Origin: Leidyana gryllorum EB-2025a
Lineage: Eukaryota; Protista; Apicomplexa
Reading direction: 5' to 3'
Length of the DNA: 7,237 bases
NCBI GenBank assembly: GCA_048772705.1
Contig: JBLWGC010000078.1
Span: 1 to 7,237, forward strand
Made by a program: the position numbers and the translations under genes. Below are positions 6,318-7,237 of the stretch, in pieces; positions within the stretch are counted from its first letter, which is position 1, and the number at the start of each line of letters is the position of its first letter. The notes beneath the pieces are model-generated. The model was not told the origin of the DNA and ran no database searches. It worked only from the letters and a program-made list of their open reading frames with translations.

Positions 6318-6367
6318 GTTTCTGTGAGATTTATTTATTGATGGAATAGTTAGCAACCTATCGTGAA

Positions 6368-6570
6368 TGTAGGTACTGTGACCCCCCTTTTTAGTTACAT
6401 GAACACACGTGTCTCCACGGAGACACCGGCACTACAAACACACGAACTTACCGGAATGACAATCAGCACTAGACGCACTAGAAGGCCCAGCATCCTCCCC
6501 AGAGCGCTCACTAACAGGAGCAAGAAACAACCAGTAGACCAGGGTGAACTCCCAGAGGAGGACACTTACA
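6368..6570 (+). repeat. 5' LTR of element D, about 203 bp
   Basis: TGTAGG...CTTACA termini, same as solo LTR B. The right end is fixed by the PBS. The left end is inferred from TGTAGG and the composition switch, as no second copy is in the window. Confidence 0.8.
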
Positions 6571-7237
6571 CTGGTAGCAGTGGATTGACGGACTTCGATC
6601 TACCCCAGAAACAACAGATCACACAGACCCAGAGCCGCTCGGCATTAACGCAGGACATCAAGCTGGTCACCCAGCTGACGGGATCCTTCACCGGCGAAGG
6701 ACCCAGTGACGCCCGCAAACACCTTGACAACCTCGAAGCTTCTTTCGACACCCTAGAGTTACCGAACAACGTACGCACACGGGTGGCCTGTGGCACGCTC
6801 AAGGACTCAGCAGCCAGATGGCTGAACGCGACGGATCCCACGATAGCCCTCCGCGAGCTCCCATGGCCGCAGTTTCGCAACAGATTCCTTACCGAGTTCG
6901 GATCTAACAGCCGAACTGATCTACAAGAAATCATGGACCTCAGGGCAGACCCAACTGATCTGGCAACCTTTGTACGACGAGTGAGGGAGCTGCGACGAGG
7001 CTTGCTGCACTTGGAAGATGGAGAGATAATGCAATTCATCAAGAGGGCTTTGCCCCGAAACCAACGCGAACTTCTGGTCTCACGCAACGCACGAACGACA
7101 GACGAGGCCTTGTCATTCTTGGCGGAAATTGGACGAGACGCTCGAACGGCTCAGAGTGACAGCAGTCGCATACTGCTAGCGAAAACGCGGGGAGTGGGCT
7201 TCAATAATCCCCACTCGCGCGACCACTGTATGAAGAA
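6456..7237 (+). CDS. gag: Gag of element D (3'-partial; absent from the ORF track because no stop is in the window); in-frame upstream ATG at 6399
   Basis: Manual translation MTISTRRTRRPS...TYTGSSG...RKHLDNLEASF...ACGTLKDSAARWLN...LPWPQFRNRFLTEFG...HSRDHCMK is open to the window end. It aligns with gag A (RDHLDHLESAF, ACGTLKLSAARWLN, LPWEDFRRSFLREFG, SRDEC). Confidence 0.92.
   Translation, partial: MTISTRRTRRPSILPRALTNRSKKQPVDQGELPEEDTYTGSSGLTDFDLPQKQQITQTQSRSALTQDIKLVTQLTGSFTGEGPSDARKHLDNLEASFDTLELPNNVRTRVACGTLKDSAARWLNATDPTIALRELPWPQFRNRFLTEFGSNSRTDLQEIMDLRADPTDLATFVRRVRELRRGLLHLEDGEIMQFIKRALPRNQRELLVSRNARTTDEALSFLAEIGRDARTAQSDSSRILLAKTRGVGFNNPHSRDHCMK
6572..6582 (+). promoter_or_regulatory. 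Primer binding site of element D (TGGTAGCAGTG)
   Basis: Identical 11-mer and identical CA-C-TGG spacing to element A. Confidence 0.88.

Larger units (their letters stand above)
6368..7237 (+). mobile_element. Element D: 5' end of another related Ty3/Gypsy LTR retrotransposon, continuing beyond the window
   Basis: LTR-like segment ending CTTACA, then C plus the PBS, then an open gag homologous to gag A. Confidence 0.92.

Noticed and set aside
6171-6356. 61-aa minus-strand ORF
   Set aside because: Short, non-ATG start, compositionally biased, and with no motif.
5358-6367. RIP-mutated transposon relic
   Set aside because: The depletion is strand-asymmetric (C low, G high), and the neighbouring repeats have intact ORFs and near-identical LTRs.
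5368-6399. LTR bounded by the perfect TGTAAC...GTTACA inverted repeat
   Set aside because: No target-site duplication, and the GTTACA is part of the TTTTTAGTTAC motif shared by LTRs B and D.
1-7237. Prokaryotic RT system (retron, DGR, group II intron) or CRISPR array
   Set aside because: The RT is embedded in a PR-RT-RH-IN-chromodomain polyprotein with LTRs, PBS and PPT, and there is no repeat-spacer periodicity.

Overview
Eukaryotic LTR-retrotransposon nest with no host gene visible. It holds at least four related but distinct Ty3/Gypsy elements; two show integrase chromodomains (chromovirus-type). Element A (1-4986, about 60 bp of its 5' LTR lies upstream of the window) is near full length: 5' LTR, tRNA-iMet-type PBS, gag, a -1 frameshift at G GAT TTT, pol (PR-RT-RNaseH-IN-chromodomain), PPT and a 314-bp 3' LTR. 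Its RNase H is split by a 194-bp solo LTR of another family (B, 2789-2982, CACAG target-site duplication); removing B restores one open pol frame. A itself sits in the GPF motif of the integrase of a third element (C, 4987 to about 5357). An unexplained, G/T-skewed, apparently non-coding 1 kb with a long hairpin follows. A fourth element (D) starts at 6368, with an LTR, a PBS and an open gag missed by the ORF track. Most unusual: the gag frame begins inside the LTR and reads through the LTR end and PBS in A and D, with a matching leader in B. A has no non-coding internal region. The three unalignable LTRs share a palindromic motif module. All calls come from manual reading; no database searches were run.
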